Positions 1 through 10,800 of a stretch of 64,000 nt of DNA are shown here, in pieces. Position numbers and translations under genes: made by a program. How positions within the stretch are numbered: the first letter of the stretch is position 1; every line of letters begins with the position of its first letter. Origin of the DNA: Mobula hypostoma (taxonomy: Eukaryota); the NCBI RefSeq assembly GCF_963921235.1, contig NC_086097.1, forward strand, positions 244,778,001 to 244,842,000, in the 5' to 3' direction. Under the pieces are notes generated by a model. That model was given only the letters and a program-made list of their open reading frames with translations, was not told the origin of the DNA and searched no databases.

Positions 1-2663
1 TCTTATCATACTAGGGGATTTATAACTGGAGTAAAAGCTGTCCTAGAGCCAGGTGGTATGTTCTTTCAGGCTTTTGTATCTTCCACTCGATGGGGTGAGC
101 GAGAAGAGAGAACATCTGGGGTGGGTGTTTTTTGATTATAAAACATAGAACATAGAAAATCTACAGCACGATACAGGTCCTTTGGCCCACAATGCTGTAC
201 CAAACATGTACTTATTTTAGAAGTTACCTAAGGTTACCAATAGCCCTCTATTTTTCTAAACTCCATGTACCTATCCAGGAGTCTCTTAAAAGACCTGATT
301 GTATCCGCCTCCACCACCGTTGCTGGCTGCCCATTCCATGCTGTCACCACCCTCTGCCTTAAAAAAAACACTTTCCCCGACATCCTCTGTACTTACTTCC
401 AAGCATCTTAAAACTCTGCCCTCTCGTGTTAGCCATTTCAAGCCTGGCAAAAAACCTCTGACTATCCACACGATCAATGCCTCTCATCATCTTATACACC
501 TCTATCAGGTGACCTCTCAACCTCCATCGCTCAAAGAAGAAAAGGCCAAGTTCACTCAACCTATTCTCTTAAGGCGTGCTCCCTAATCCAGGCAACATCC
601 TTGTAAATCTCCTCTGCACCCTTTCTATAGTTTCCACATCCCTCCTGTAGTGAGGTGACCAGAACTGAGCACAGTACTCCAAGTGGGGTCTGACCAGGGT
701 CCTATGTAGCTGTAACATTACCTCTCGGCTCTTAAAATTAATCCCATGGTTGATGAAGGCCAATACACCCTATGCCCTTCCTAACCACAGAGTCAACCTG
801 TGCAGCAGCTTTAAGTATCCTATGGACTCAGACCCCAAGATCTCTCTGATCCTCCACGCTGCCAAGAGTCTTACCATTAATACTATATTCTGCCATCTTA
901 TTTGACCTACCAAAATGAACCACCTTACACTTATCTGGGTTGAACTCCATCTGCCACTTGTCAGCCCGGTTTTGCATCCTGTCAATGTACCACTGTAACC
1001 TCTGACAGCCCTCCACTCTATCCACAACACCTCCAACATTCGTGTCATCAGCAAATTTACCAACCCAACTCTCCACTTCTTCATCCAGGTCATTTATAAA
1101 ACTCTCCAAGAGAAGTGGTCCCAGAACAGATCCCCGAGGCACACCACTGGTCACCGACCTCAATGCAGAATATGACCCGTCTACAGCCACTTTTCACTCT
1201 TTGCCTTCTGTGGGCCAGCCAATTCTGAATCCACAAGGCAATGTCCCCTTGGATCCCATGCCTCCTTACTTTCTCAATAAGCCTTGCATGGGGTACCTTA
1301 TCAGATGGCTTGCTGAAATCCATATTTACTGCTCTATCTTCATCAACGTATTTAGTCACATCCTCAAAAAATTGAATCAGGTTTGTAAGGCACGGGCTGC
1401 CTTTGACCAAACCATGCTGACTACTCCTAATCATATTATGCCTCTCCAAACGTTCATAAATCCTGCCTCTCAGGATCTTTTCCATCAAATTATCAACCAC
1501 TGACGTAAGACTCAGTGGTCTATAATTTCCTAGGCTATCTCTACTCCCTTTCTTGAATAAGAGAACAACATCTGCAATCCTCCAGTCCTCTGGAACCTCT
1601 CCCGTCCCCATTGATGATGCAAAGATCATCGCCAGAGGCTCAGCAGTCTCTTTCCTCGCCTCCCAAAGTAGCCTGGGGTACAACTCGTCTGGTACTGGTG
1701 ACTTATCCAACTTGATGCTTTTCAAAAGCTCCAGCACATCCTCTTTCTTAATGTCTATATGCTCAAGCTTTTCATTCCGCTGTAAGTCATCCCTACAATT
1801 GCCAAGATTCTTTTCTGTAGTGAATACTGAAGCAAAGTAGTCATTAAGTACCTTTGCTCTCTCCTCGAGTTCCATTCACACTTTTCCACTGTCACACTTG
1901 ATTGGTCCTATTCTCTCATGTTTTATCCTCTTGCTCTTGTAGAATGCCTTGGGGTTTTCCTTAATCCTGTCCGCCAAAGCCTTCTCATGGCCCTTTCTGG
2001 CTCTCCTAATTTCATTCTTAAGCTCCTTCCTGCTAGCCTTATAGATTTCTAGATCTGTATCATTATCTAGTTTTTTGAACCTTTTGTAAGCTTTTTTCCC
2101 CCTTCTGGACTAGATTGTCAACAGCCTTTATACATCATGGTTCCTGTACTCTACCATCCTTTCCCTGTCTCATTGGAACGTACCTATGCAGAACGCCAAC
2201 AAATATCCTCTGAATGTTTGCCACATTTCCCTGAGAACATCTGCTGCCAATTTATGCTTCCAAGTTCCTGCTTGGTAGCTTCATATTTCCCCTTGCTCCA
2301 ATTAAACACTTTTCCTAACTTGTCTGCTTCTATCCCTCTCCAATGCTATGGTAAAGGAGATAGAATTGTGATCACTATCTCCAAAATGCTGTCCCACTGA
2401 GAGACCTGACACCTGACCAAGTTCATTTCCCAGTACCAGATCAAGAACAGCCTCTCCTCTTGTAGGCTTCTCTACATGTTGTGTCAGGAAACCTTCCTGA
2501 ACACACTTAACAAGCTCCACCTCATCCAAATCCCTTGCTCTTGGGAGATGCCAATTAATATTGGCGAAATTAAAATCTCCCATCATGCCAACCCTGTTAT
2601 TATTGCACTGTTCCAGAATCTGTCTCCCCATCTGTTCCTTGATGTCCCTATTACTGTTAGGTG

Positions 2664-2906
2664 TGTAGTCGCGTGCAGACGTGCTACTAAAGAAACATAC
2701 GGAGGCAGAGACAGCTGAACTCAGAATGCCTTTACTGATTCAAAATCACATGCTTAAATCTCCCCTCTCATGGGCCCCTGCGGGGCGGACGTGACGTCAG
2801 CCTGTCCCTGGAAGGTCCGCCCCGAGTGGGTAGTTCCAACGCGCTACCGCGTGTTTGCCCGCAGCTCCCAATGGCGGTTCAAGTCCCGCGTGTGCGGGCC
2901 ACCACA
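2664..2906 (-). repeat. 3' LTR of Gypsy element
   Basis: tgtagtcgc...gccaccaca; adjacent to PPT. Confidence 0.93.
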
Positions 2907-2917
2907 CCACCCCTCCC
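2907..2917 (-). promoter_or_regulatory. Polypurine tract
   Basis: Minus strand GGGAGGGGTGG directly abuts the 3' LTR. Confidence 0.85.
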
Positions 2918-3000
2918 AGAAACGCCCATCAGGGGAGTGGAGCCCCCAGTCTGTGTGGCTTGTCTGGGTGGCCGACCTTGCCGGTGCGGTGCGGGTACCC

Positions 3001-5951
3001 TCATTGGTTGCTTAATGTCCAAGTGCGCCAGTTTGAGGCGGTCCACTGTTTTAAAAAAAAAAAAATCTCTTCCCGGGCACCCACCTCCATGACACACGTG
3101 GTTCCATTGTGCCAGATCACCTTGAAGGGTCCCTTGTACGGCTGCTGTAGAGGTGACCTGTGCATGCCCCTGCGAATAAAAACATACTCACAGTCTTGGA
3201 GGTCTTTAGGGATGAAGGATGGCGTGGGACCATACCTGGAGGTCGGGACCGGTGCCAGGGTCCCTACCTTGTCCCGCAGCCTCATTAGCACTGCTGCTGG
3301 AGTTTCTTCCGAACCTCGGGCCTCTGGTACGAACTCGCCTGGGACCGTCAGGCAGGCGCCGTAGACCAGTTCCACCGAGGAGGTGTCCAGGTCCTCCTTG
3401 GGGGCTGTGCGGATACCCAGTAGGACCCAGGGAAGCTCAACTGTTCAGTTGGGGCCCCTGAGCGCACCATCAGGGCCAACTTGAGATGCCAGTGGAATCA
3501 CTCTACCAAACCGTTGGACTGGGGATGGTACGCTGTGAGGTAATGCAGCTGGGTGCCCAGGAGCTGCGCCGGTGCTGTCCACAAACCAGACGTGAACTGC
3601 ACCCCTCTGTTGGAGGTGATGTCTGCTGGGATGCTGAACCAGGCGATCCAGTTTGCAATGAGTGTCCTGGCGCAGGACTCAGTGGACATGTCTGCAAGCG
3701 GTATGGCTTCCGGCCATCTGGTGAACCTTTCTACCATGGTAAAGATATACCTGGCACGCTGGGAGACTGGCAGGGGGCCGACGATGTCCACGTGGATGTG
3801 TTGGAACCTCCTGTGCGTTGGATGGAATTGCTGGAGGGGAGCCTTCACATGCCGCTGGACTTTGGCAGTCTGGCAGTGTATGCAGGTTCTGGCCCAGTGT
3901 CCGATCTGTTTGCGCAAACCGTGCGAGATGAATCTGTCCGCTACCAGCTTGATGGACGCTCAGATGGATGGGTTTGCCAGGTCGTGCAGCTTGTCGAACA
4001 CCCAGCGCCTCCATGCTGCTGGTACCACGGGTCGGGGTTTGACGGTAGACACGTCGCACAGGAGTCGATCGGCTGCCAGGCCGATGGAGACATCCTATAA
4101 CTGGAGCCCCGAAACGGCGGTGCGGTAAGCCAGGATCTTGGTGTCGCCCGTGCTGCATAGTCTATTCCTGCCTACTGAGTGGAGGCAGGGGCGAGGCAGT
4201 GTGTCAGCAACGACGTTGTTCTTTCCTGCGATATGGCAGATGTCCGTGGTGAATTCTGAAATAAAGGACAGGTCCCTCTGCTGCTGAGCTGGCCATGGGT
4301 CCGATACCTCGGCCAGTGCGAAGGTGCAGGGCTTGTGGTCCGTATACACAGTGAGCTCCCTTCCCTCGAGGAAGTACCAGAAATGCCAGACAGCCGAGTA
4401 GAGCGCTAGCAACTCTCTGTTGAAAGCGCTGTACTTCACCTCTGGTGGCCGTAGGTGCCGGCTGAAGAAAGCGAGTGGTCGCCACTGGTCCTCGACAAGC
4501 TGCTCCAGGACTGCGCTGACTGCCTTGTCGGAAGCGTCGACTGTGAGTGCCGTGGGTACATCGACTCTCGGGTGCACTAGGAGGACCGCCTTTGCCAGCG
4601 CCTCCTTGGCCTGCTCGAACGCCTCCGTGGACTCCGCGTCCCATGCCACTTCTTTGGCCTTGCCGGCCATCAGGCTGAACAAGGATGTCATGATGCGTGC
4701 CACCGCCGGCACGAACCGATGATAAGAGTTGACTATCCCTATGAATTCCTGCAGGCCCTTGACCGTGATGGGCTTGGGGAACTGGCGGATGGCCTGGACC
4801 TTGTCTGGTAGGGCAACTGTGCCATGTCGGTTGACTGTGTGGCCCAAGAAGTCGATCTCCGTCAGCCCGAACTGGCACTTCGCCGGATTGATTGCCAGTC
4901 CGTGGTCGCTCAGCTGTTGGCAGAGCTGGCGCAAATGTGCCACATGCTCTTGGTGCGAACTGCTGGCCACCAGGATATCGTCCAAGTAAATGAAAACGAA
5001 ATCCAGGCCGCGTCCCACCGAGTCTATGAGCCTTTGGAAAGTTTAGGCTGCATTCTTGAGACCAAAAGGCATCCTCAGGAATTCGAACAAGCCAAACGGG
5101 GTGATGAGGGCTGTGTTGGGCACGTTGTCGTGGTGCACTGGGATCTGATGGTATCCTCTGACCAGGTTGATTTTCGAGAAGATGGTCGCTCCGGGCAGGT
5201 TTGCCGTGAAGTCCTGGATGTGAGGTACCAGGTATCTGTGGGCGGTTGTAGCGTCGTTGAGCCTTCTGTAGTCTCCGCAGGGCCTCCATCCTCCTGCGGA
5301 ATTGGGGACCATGTGCAGCGGGGATGCCCACGGGCTGCTTGAGTGGCATACGATTCCCATCTCTTCCATGTTACGGAACTCCTCCTTGGCCAGGTGGAGT
5401 TTGTTGGGTGGGAACCTGCAAGCTCGGGCGTGCAGTGGCAGTCCTTGCGTGGGGATGTGTTGCTGCACGCCGTGCTTAGGGTCGGCCGTGGAGAACTGCA
5501 GGGTGATTATGGAGGGGAATTCGTTACCCGAGGAATCCAGGTGGAGGGCCGGTGGCTTGGCTTCTCTGAGCTGGAAAGTCTGGTACGTCTCGGCGTGGAC
5601 CAAACGCCGGCCTTTTAGGTCGACCAGGAAGCAGTTGGTTCATAGGAAATCTGCCTCTAGTAGTGGCTGTGACACCGCTGCCAACGTGAAAGTCCAGTTG
5701 AAACGGCTAGACCTGAAATGCAGTGAGATAGTTCGCAGGCCGTACGTCCGAATACGGTGCCATTTGCAGCGGTGAGTTCGGGGCCTGGGACCGCGTTACG
5801 AGTGTCCATGTTCAAGGGGGGAGAGTACGCTGACTTCGGCCCCGATGTCTACCAGGAAGCGCCACCCGGAGTGTCGGTCCCTGAGGTACAGAAAGCTCTC
5901 TCGGTGGCCATCTGTCGTAGCCATTAGCGACGGCTGGCCCCGGCGTTTCCC
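3001..5951 (-). pseudogene. Gypsy pol (protease, RT, RNase H, integrase), broken by stops and frameshifts
   Basis: FLVDIGA protease motif (DTG decayed to DIG), MPFGLKNA and YLDD RT motifs, TVDAS/RELLA/YTDHK RNase H, HIHVDIVGPLP and YHPQSNGLVE integrase, GPFKV; split over ORFs 5796-6140, 5043-5603, 4095-5018, 3498-3917, 3001-3375. Confidence 0.93.
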
Positions 5952-6619
5952 GGAAAAGCACATGGTGGACGGCAGCGGTGCACGCCTGAGCCCCATCTTT
6001 GGTGAGAGAAACACCATTGTTCCGAACTTTCGTCTTCTTCCCCTGTGGGTCTCGACAGCTTCGGTTGCGGGGCCTGGGCTTTGGGGTGCGTGATCGTGGC
6101 TAGGCCAATGGAGGCTGCTCCACGTTGCTTGCTCTGCCAAAGGACGTCTGCTTTAGCCGCAACCCTGCTTGGGTCGCTGAAATCTTCACTTGCAAGGAGG
6201 AGGTGAACGTCCTCTGGCATTTGCTCGAGGAACAATTGTTCAAATAAAAGGCATGGCTTATGGCCGTCCATGAGCGCCAGCATATCATTCATGAGCTCGG
6301 ATGGCATGCGGTCTCCCAGGCCGTCCACGTGTAGGAGCCGCACGGCCTTTTCGTGGCGGGAGAGTCCGAAGGTACGGATCAGGAGCGCCTTAAGCTCAGT
6401 GTACCTGTCCTGTGTTGGTGGCTGGCGTAGGAAGTCGATGATCCGGCCTGCTGTCTCCTGGTGGAGCGTGCTGACCACGTAGTAGTACCGCGTGGCGTCG
6501 GTTGTAATGTCTCTGATATTGAACTGGGTCTCAGTCTGCTCGAACCAAATGTGGGGCTGAGTGGCCCAGAAAGTCCGGAGCTTCAGAGAGACCGCGCTGT
6601 GCAAGTTGCTCGAACTCAT
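5924..6619 (-). CDS. Gypsy gag-like ORF (231 aa), still open
   Basis: Starts just after PBS; AVSLKLxxFWxxxPxxWF N-terminus and C-terminal CxxHxxWGxxxxxCxxPC knuckle typical of short Gypsy gags. Confidence 0.85.
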   Translation of the reverse strand: MSSSNLHSAVSLKLRTFWATQPHIWFEQTETQFNIRDITTDATRYYYVVSTLHQETAGRIIDFLRQPPTQDRYTELKALLIRTFGLSRHEKAVRLLHVDGLGDRMPSELMNDMLALMDGHKPCLLFEQLFLEQMPEDVHLLLASEDFSDPSRVAAKADVLWQSKQRGAASIGLATITHPKAQAPQPKLSRPTGEEDESSEQWCFSHQRWGSGVHRCRPPCAFPGNAGASRR

Positions 6620-6660
6620 GGCTGGTCACTGAGTCGCCGGCTCCAGATGCCGTCTGGAAT

Positions 6661-6673
6661 GTCGGGGTCACCA
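6661..6673 (-). promoter_or_regulatory. Primer-binding site for tRNA-Trp
   Basis: Minus strand TGGTGACCCCGAC is complementary to the vertebrate tRNA-Trp 3' end GUCGGGGUCACCA; 1 nt from the LTR. Confidence 0.88.
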
Positions 6674-6674
6674 A

Positions 6675-6904
6675 TGTAGTCGCATGTAAACACACTACTA
6701 AAGAAACACACGGAGGCAGAGAGTGCTGAACTCAGAATGCCTTTACTGATTCAAAATCGCGCGCTTAGATCTCCCCTCCCATGGGCCCTTGCGACCCGCT
6801 GGGCGGACGTGACTTCAGACTGTCCCTGGAAGGTCCGCCCCAAGGAGGTAGTTCCAAACGCGCTACCGATGGTGGTTTGAGTCCTGCGTGTGCGGGCCGC
6901 CACA
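6675..6904 (-). repeat. 5' LTR of Gypsy element
   Basis: tgtagtcgc...gccgccaca, direct repeat of 2664-2906; adjacent to PBS. Confidence 0.93.
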
Positions 6905-7196
6905 GGTGGTTTATAAAAAATACCCAGTCTAATTATTGACCCCTTTCTGTTCCTAACTTCCACCCACAGAGACTCAATAGACAATCTCGCCATGACTTCC
7001 TCCTTTTCTGCAGTCGTGACACTATCTCTGATCAGCAGTGCCATGCCCCCACCTCTTTTACCTCCCTCCCTGTCCTTTCTGGAACATCTAAAGCCTGGCA
7101 CTCTTAGGTAACCATTCCTGCCCCTGTGCCATCCAAGTCTCTGCAATGACCACAACATCATAGCTTCAAGTACTGATCCACACTCTAAGCTCATCC

Positions 7197-7880
7197 ATTA
7201 TGTTGGCCGCTTTACTAAGGGAGTGAGAAGTGTAGACGTAATCCTTTGAGAGCAGGCTGGTTTCTGTATTATGCTGAGCTGGTATCCAGAGCACTCTGTA
7301 GTTTCTTGAGGTGTCGGGCAGAGTAGTTGCTATACCAACCTGTGATAACATCCAGATAGGATGGTTTGTATAGTGCATTTCTAAAAGTTAGTAAGGGTGA
7401 AAGGGAACTGGCCAGATTTCTTTAGTATCCTGGGGAAGTAGAGGTGCTGATGAGATTTCTTGGCTGTGGTATCTACACGGTTGGACTTGGGCAGTCAATT
7501 GGTGTTCACTCTGAGGAACTTGAAGCTCATCGATCCCAGCACCATTGATGTGAATAGCAGCATGTACATAAACCCCTTCCTGAAGTAAATGACCAGCTCT
7601 TTTATTTTGTGACATTGAGGGTAAGGTTGTTGCCATGGCACCATTTCTCTACCTTCTTTCTGTACTCCAACTCATTGTTATTTGAGATACAGCCCATTAC
7701 AATGGTATCATCTGCAAACTTGTAGATGGAGTTAGAGCAAAGTCTGCCACAGAGTCATGAGTGTACAGAGAGTAAAGTAATGAGGCTGAGGGCATGGCCT
7801 TGTGGGGCACCAGTGTTGAAAGTACCCTTACTGATTGTGGTCTGTTGGTCAGGAAGTCAAAGATACGATTGGCATGGGAG
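7197..7880 (-). mobile_element. Old Rex1/Babar- or L2-like LINE fragment, continuous with 1-139
   Basis: Minus-strand KFADDT-like segment (tcatctgcaaact); similar to other copies at 16300-17250 and 40945-42100. Confidence 0.6.
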
Positions 7881-10800
7881 CGAGAAACAGACCCTTTAGC
7901 TCATCATATCCATTGCAATGGTCAGGTATTTTATGTATTGAGCCCAGTTACTAGCAGAACAATGTCTACCATTGCTTTGAGAGAGTACCTGCTTCTTTCA
8001 CCTTTTTGGGCAGTACGTTCCACCTTGAAACAACCACTTTGGTAAAAAAAATTGTTCTTCACATCCCCTTTACCTTTCTCACTCCTTACTGAATCTATGG
8101 TTTCAGATTGTGCTGTGAAAGATCATAAGATATAGGGGCAGAATTAGGCCATTTAGCCCATTGAGTCTGCTCCATAATTCAATCATGGCTGATACTTTTT
8201 TTTTCCCTCCTCAGCCCTACACCCCTACACCCCAGCCTACTCCCCAGCCTTTTCCCTGTAACCTTGGATGCCATGTCCAATCAAGAACCTAGCAAGCTCT
8301 GACTTAAATACATCCGATGACCTGTCCTCCACAGTTGCCTATGGTAATAAATTCCACAAATTCAGCACCCTCTGGCTAAAGAAATTTCCCTACATCTCTC
8401 TTTTAAATGAATGCCCCTCTATCCTAAGACTTTGCCCTCTTGTCCTAGACTTCCCTACCATGGGAAACAGCTGCTCTGTCTAGGCTTTTCAACATTTGAA
8501 GGGTTTCATTGATACTCCCCCCCCCCCCCGCCTCAATTTATTGAGTACTAAGGAAATATATTATACAGTATTATCTAGGCACCTCAAAATATTGCACATC
8601 TCTTTTAGGATCCCTGCAGCCTCCTCTGCTCTAAGGGAAAAAAAATTAGCCTCTCCGCTGTCGCATAACTGAAACATTGAATCTGAGACCACATCCTGGT
8701 GCATCTCCTCTGCATACTCGAAAGTGTAACCCTGTCATCCCTATAGTGTTGTGACCAGAATTACACACAGTATTCTACTTGTAACATAACCAAAGCTTAA
8801 TATATTGTACACAGAAGAGGCTGCAGGATTTTGGTCTGAAATATCAACAATCTCTTTTCTCTCCATTGACCTATTGAATTTCTCCAGCAGATTGTTCGGT
8901 ACTTTTATACATATATTTAACGTCCTCCTCACTAGAACATAGAATAGTACAACAAAGAAACAGACTGTTCAGCCCACAATGCCAAATAAAATGCCAAGTT
9001 AAGCAATATGTTCTACCTGCTCATGATCTATATCCCCTTACTCCTTGCATTTTCATATGTCTATCTAAAAGCCTCTGAAAGCCACTATTGTATCTGCTTC
9101 CACCACTATTCTTGGAAATCTAGTCCAGGCATCTATCCTTTTCTGCGTAAGAAAAACTTGCCCTGCATATCTCCTTTAAATGTTCTCCTTTTCACATTAA
9201 ATGCATACACTCTGGTACTTGACTCTCAGAAAATATTTTGACTGTCTATGATTTATATACCTCTCATGATTTTCTGAATTTCCGTCAAGTCTCCTCTCAG
9301 CTTCTGACACTCAGAAGTAACCCTGGGCTGTCCTATCCCCTGTAACTCACCCTCTAATGCAGGCATATCCCTTTCTTTACCTTTTCAAAAGTTTCTGTAT
9401 CTTCCTGACCCATCCACCTAAGTACTAATCTTTGCAGAACCCCACTAGTCATGGACCTCTATCCAGAATAACACCCTCTGTTAATCACTACCCTCTGTCA
9501 TCTATGGAAAGCAAATCCTGGAGGGCATGTTTTTTGAGGATAGTGGAACAAGCAAGGGTTTTTCTCTTTGGAGGGTGAAAGGTGACTTGATAGAAATGTA
9601 CAAGATGTTAAGAGGCATAGATCGAGTGGATGGGTAGATACTTCTTTCTAGGATGGTAAAGGCTAATACCAGAGGGCATAATTCTAAGGTGATTGAAGGA
9701 AAGGATAGGGAGAATGTCAGAGGCAAGTTTTGTTTTTGCAGTGAATGCTGGGTGTGGAGATTTATGTAGGAGAGAAGCTATAGATTGATCTTAAAGTAGG
9801 TTAAAGGTCTGCACAACATCATGGGCTGAAGGGCCTGCACTGTGCTATGTTCTGTGAATTCAGTGAAGTCACAATGATCTCATGCATCTTAATGTTCTAG
9901 ATCAGGCTACCACGAGGGACCTTATCAAATACCCTATACTAAAGTCCATGTAAACAACATCCACTGCCCTACCTGCATCAATCATTTTTACCACCACCCC
10001 AAACACTTGGCTTCACAGGATGTGGCCTGCCTGGCACAATGTTATGGTGATTATCCCTAATCGGACCATGATTTCCAAATGTTTGTAAATGTTATCCCTA
10101 AGAATCATCTTCTCTACTACTAATTCAATGCTCCCCAGCCTATAATTTCCTGGATTATCCTTATTTCCCTTTTTGGATAAAGGAACAACATTGACTATTC
10201 TCCAGTTCTCTGGGACCTCACCTGTTAGTGAGAACGCAAAGATTTTCATCAAGACCCCAGCAATCTCATCTATTGCCTCTTTCAATAATCTGGCATATAT
10301 ACCATCTAATGCCTTCTAAACACCCAGCTCCATGTCCTTCTCTTGGTGAATACCAATGCAAAATATTTATTTAGTACCTCGCCCACATCCCCTGTCTCCA
10401 AGCATAAATTCTCCTTTATCCTTGAGTGGTTCTAGACTCTTCCTCGATATGTCTTATCCTGCTTCATCACCTCTCTACCTGTACTGCCATCTTCAAGGAT
10501 CTTTGATCTCTTTGTTCCTGAATACTCCCAGGAGCTTTGCCATTATGATTAAATCATCTTCTCATTAGATATCAAAAATACATCAGTATTAAATTTGCTC
10601 TGTTACTGCCTAGCCCAGTTTAACAGCAACTAATAAATATCTCTAACTTTAACTTGGGCTCCCCACTGTGAATAACACCTCCTGTTCTTGTGTCATAAGA
10701 CCATAAGATATAGGAGCTGAATTAGACCACTTAACCCATTGAGCCTGCTCTACCATTTCATCATGGCAGATCCAATTTTCTTCTCAGTCTCAATCTCCTG

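Larger units (their letters stand above)
2664..6904 (-). mobile_element. Full-length, decayed Ty3/Gypsy LTR retrotransposon (4241 bp), no env
   Basis: Two TG...CA LTRs, 4-bp TSD GGTG (2660-2663 and 6905-6908), PBS, PPT, gag followed by PR-RT-RH-IN order. Confidence 0.96.
140..7196 (-). mobile_element. CR1-clade LINE (family A) split by the Gypsy insertion (pieces 140-2663 and 6905-7196)
   Basis: (catagaa) tail at left; RT fragments (GNYRPLSLTS, KFADDT, RPHLEYC) and endonuclease fragments (GDFNF, GDSDH); sequence resumes exactly after the LTR; ATTAT repeat at 135-139 and 7197-7201. Confidence 0.92.

Noticed and set aside
4204..5349. 381-aa ORF and other long ORFs overlapping the Gypsy pol on both strands
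   Set aside because: Alternative-frame or antisense shadows of GC-rich pol sequence with no recognisable motifs.
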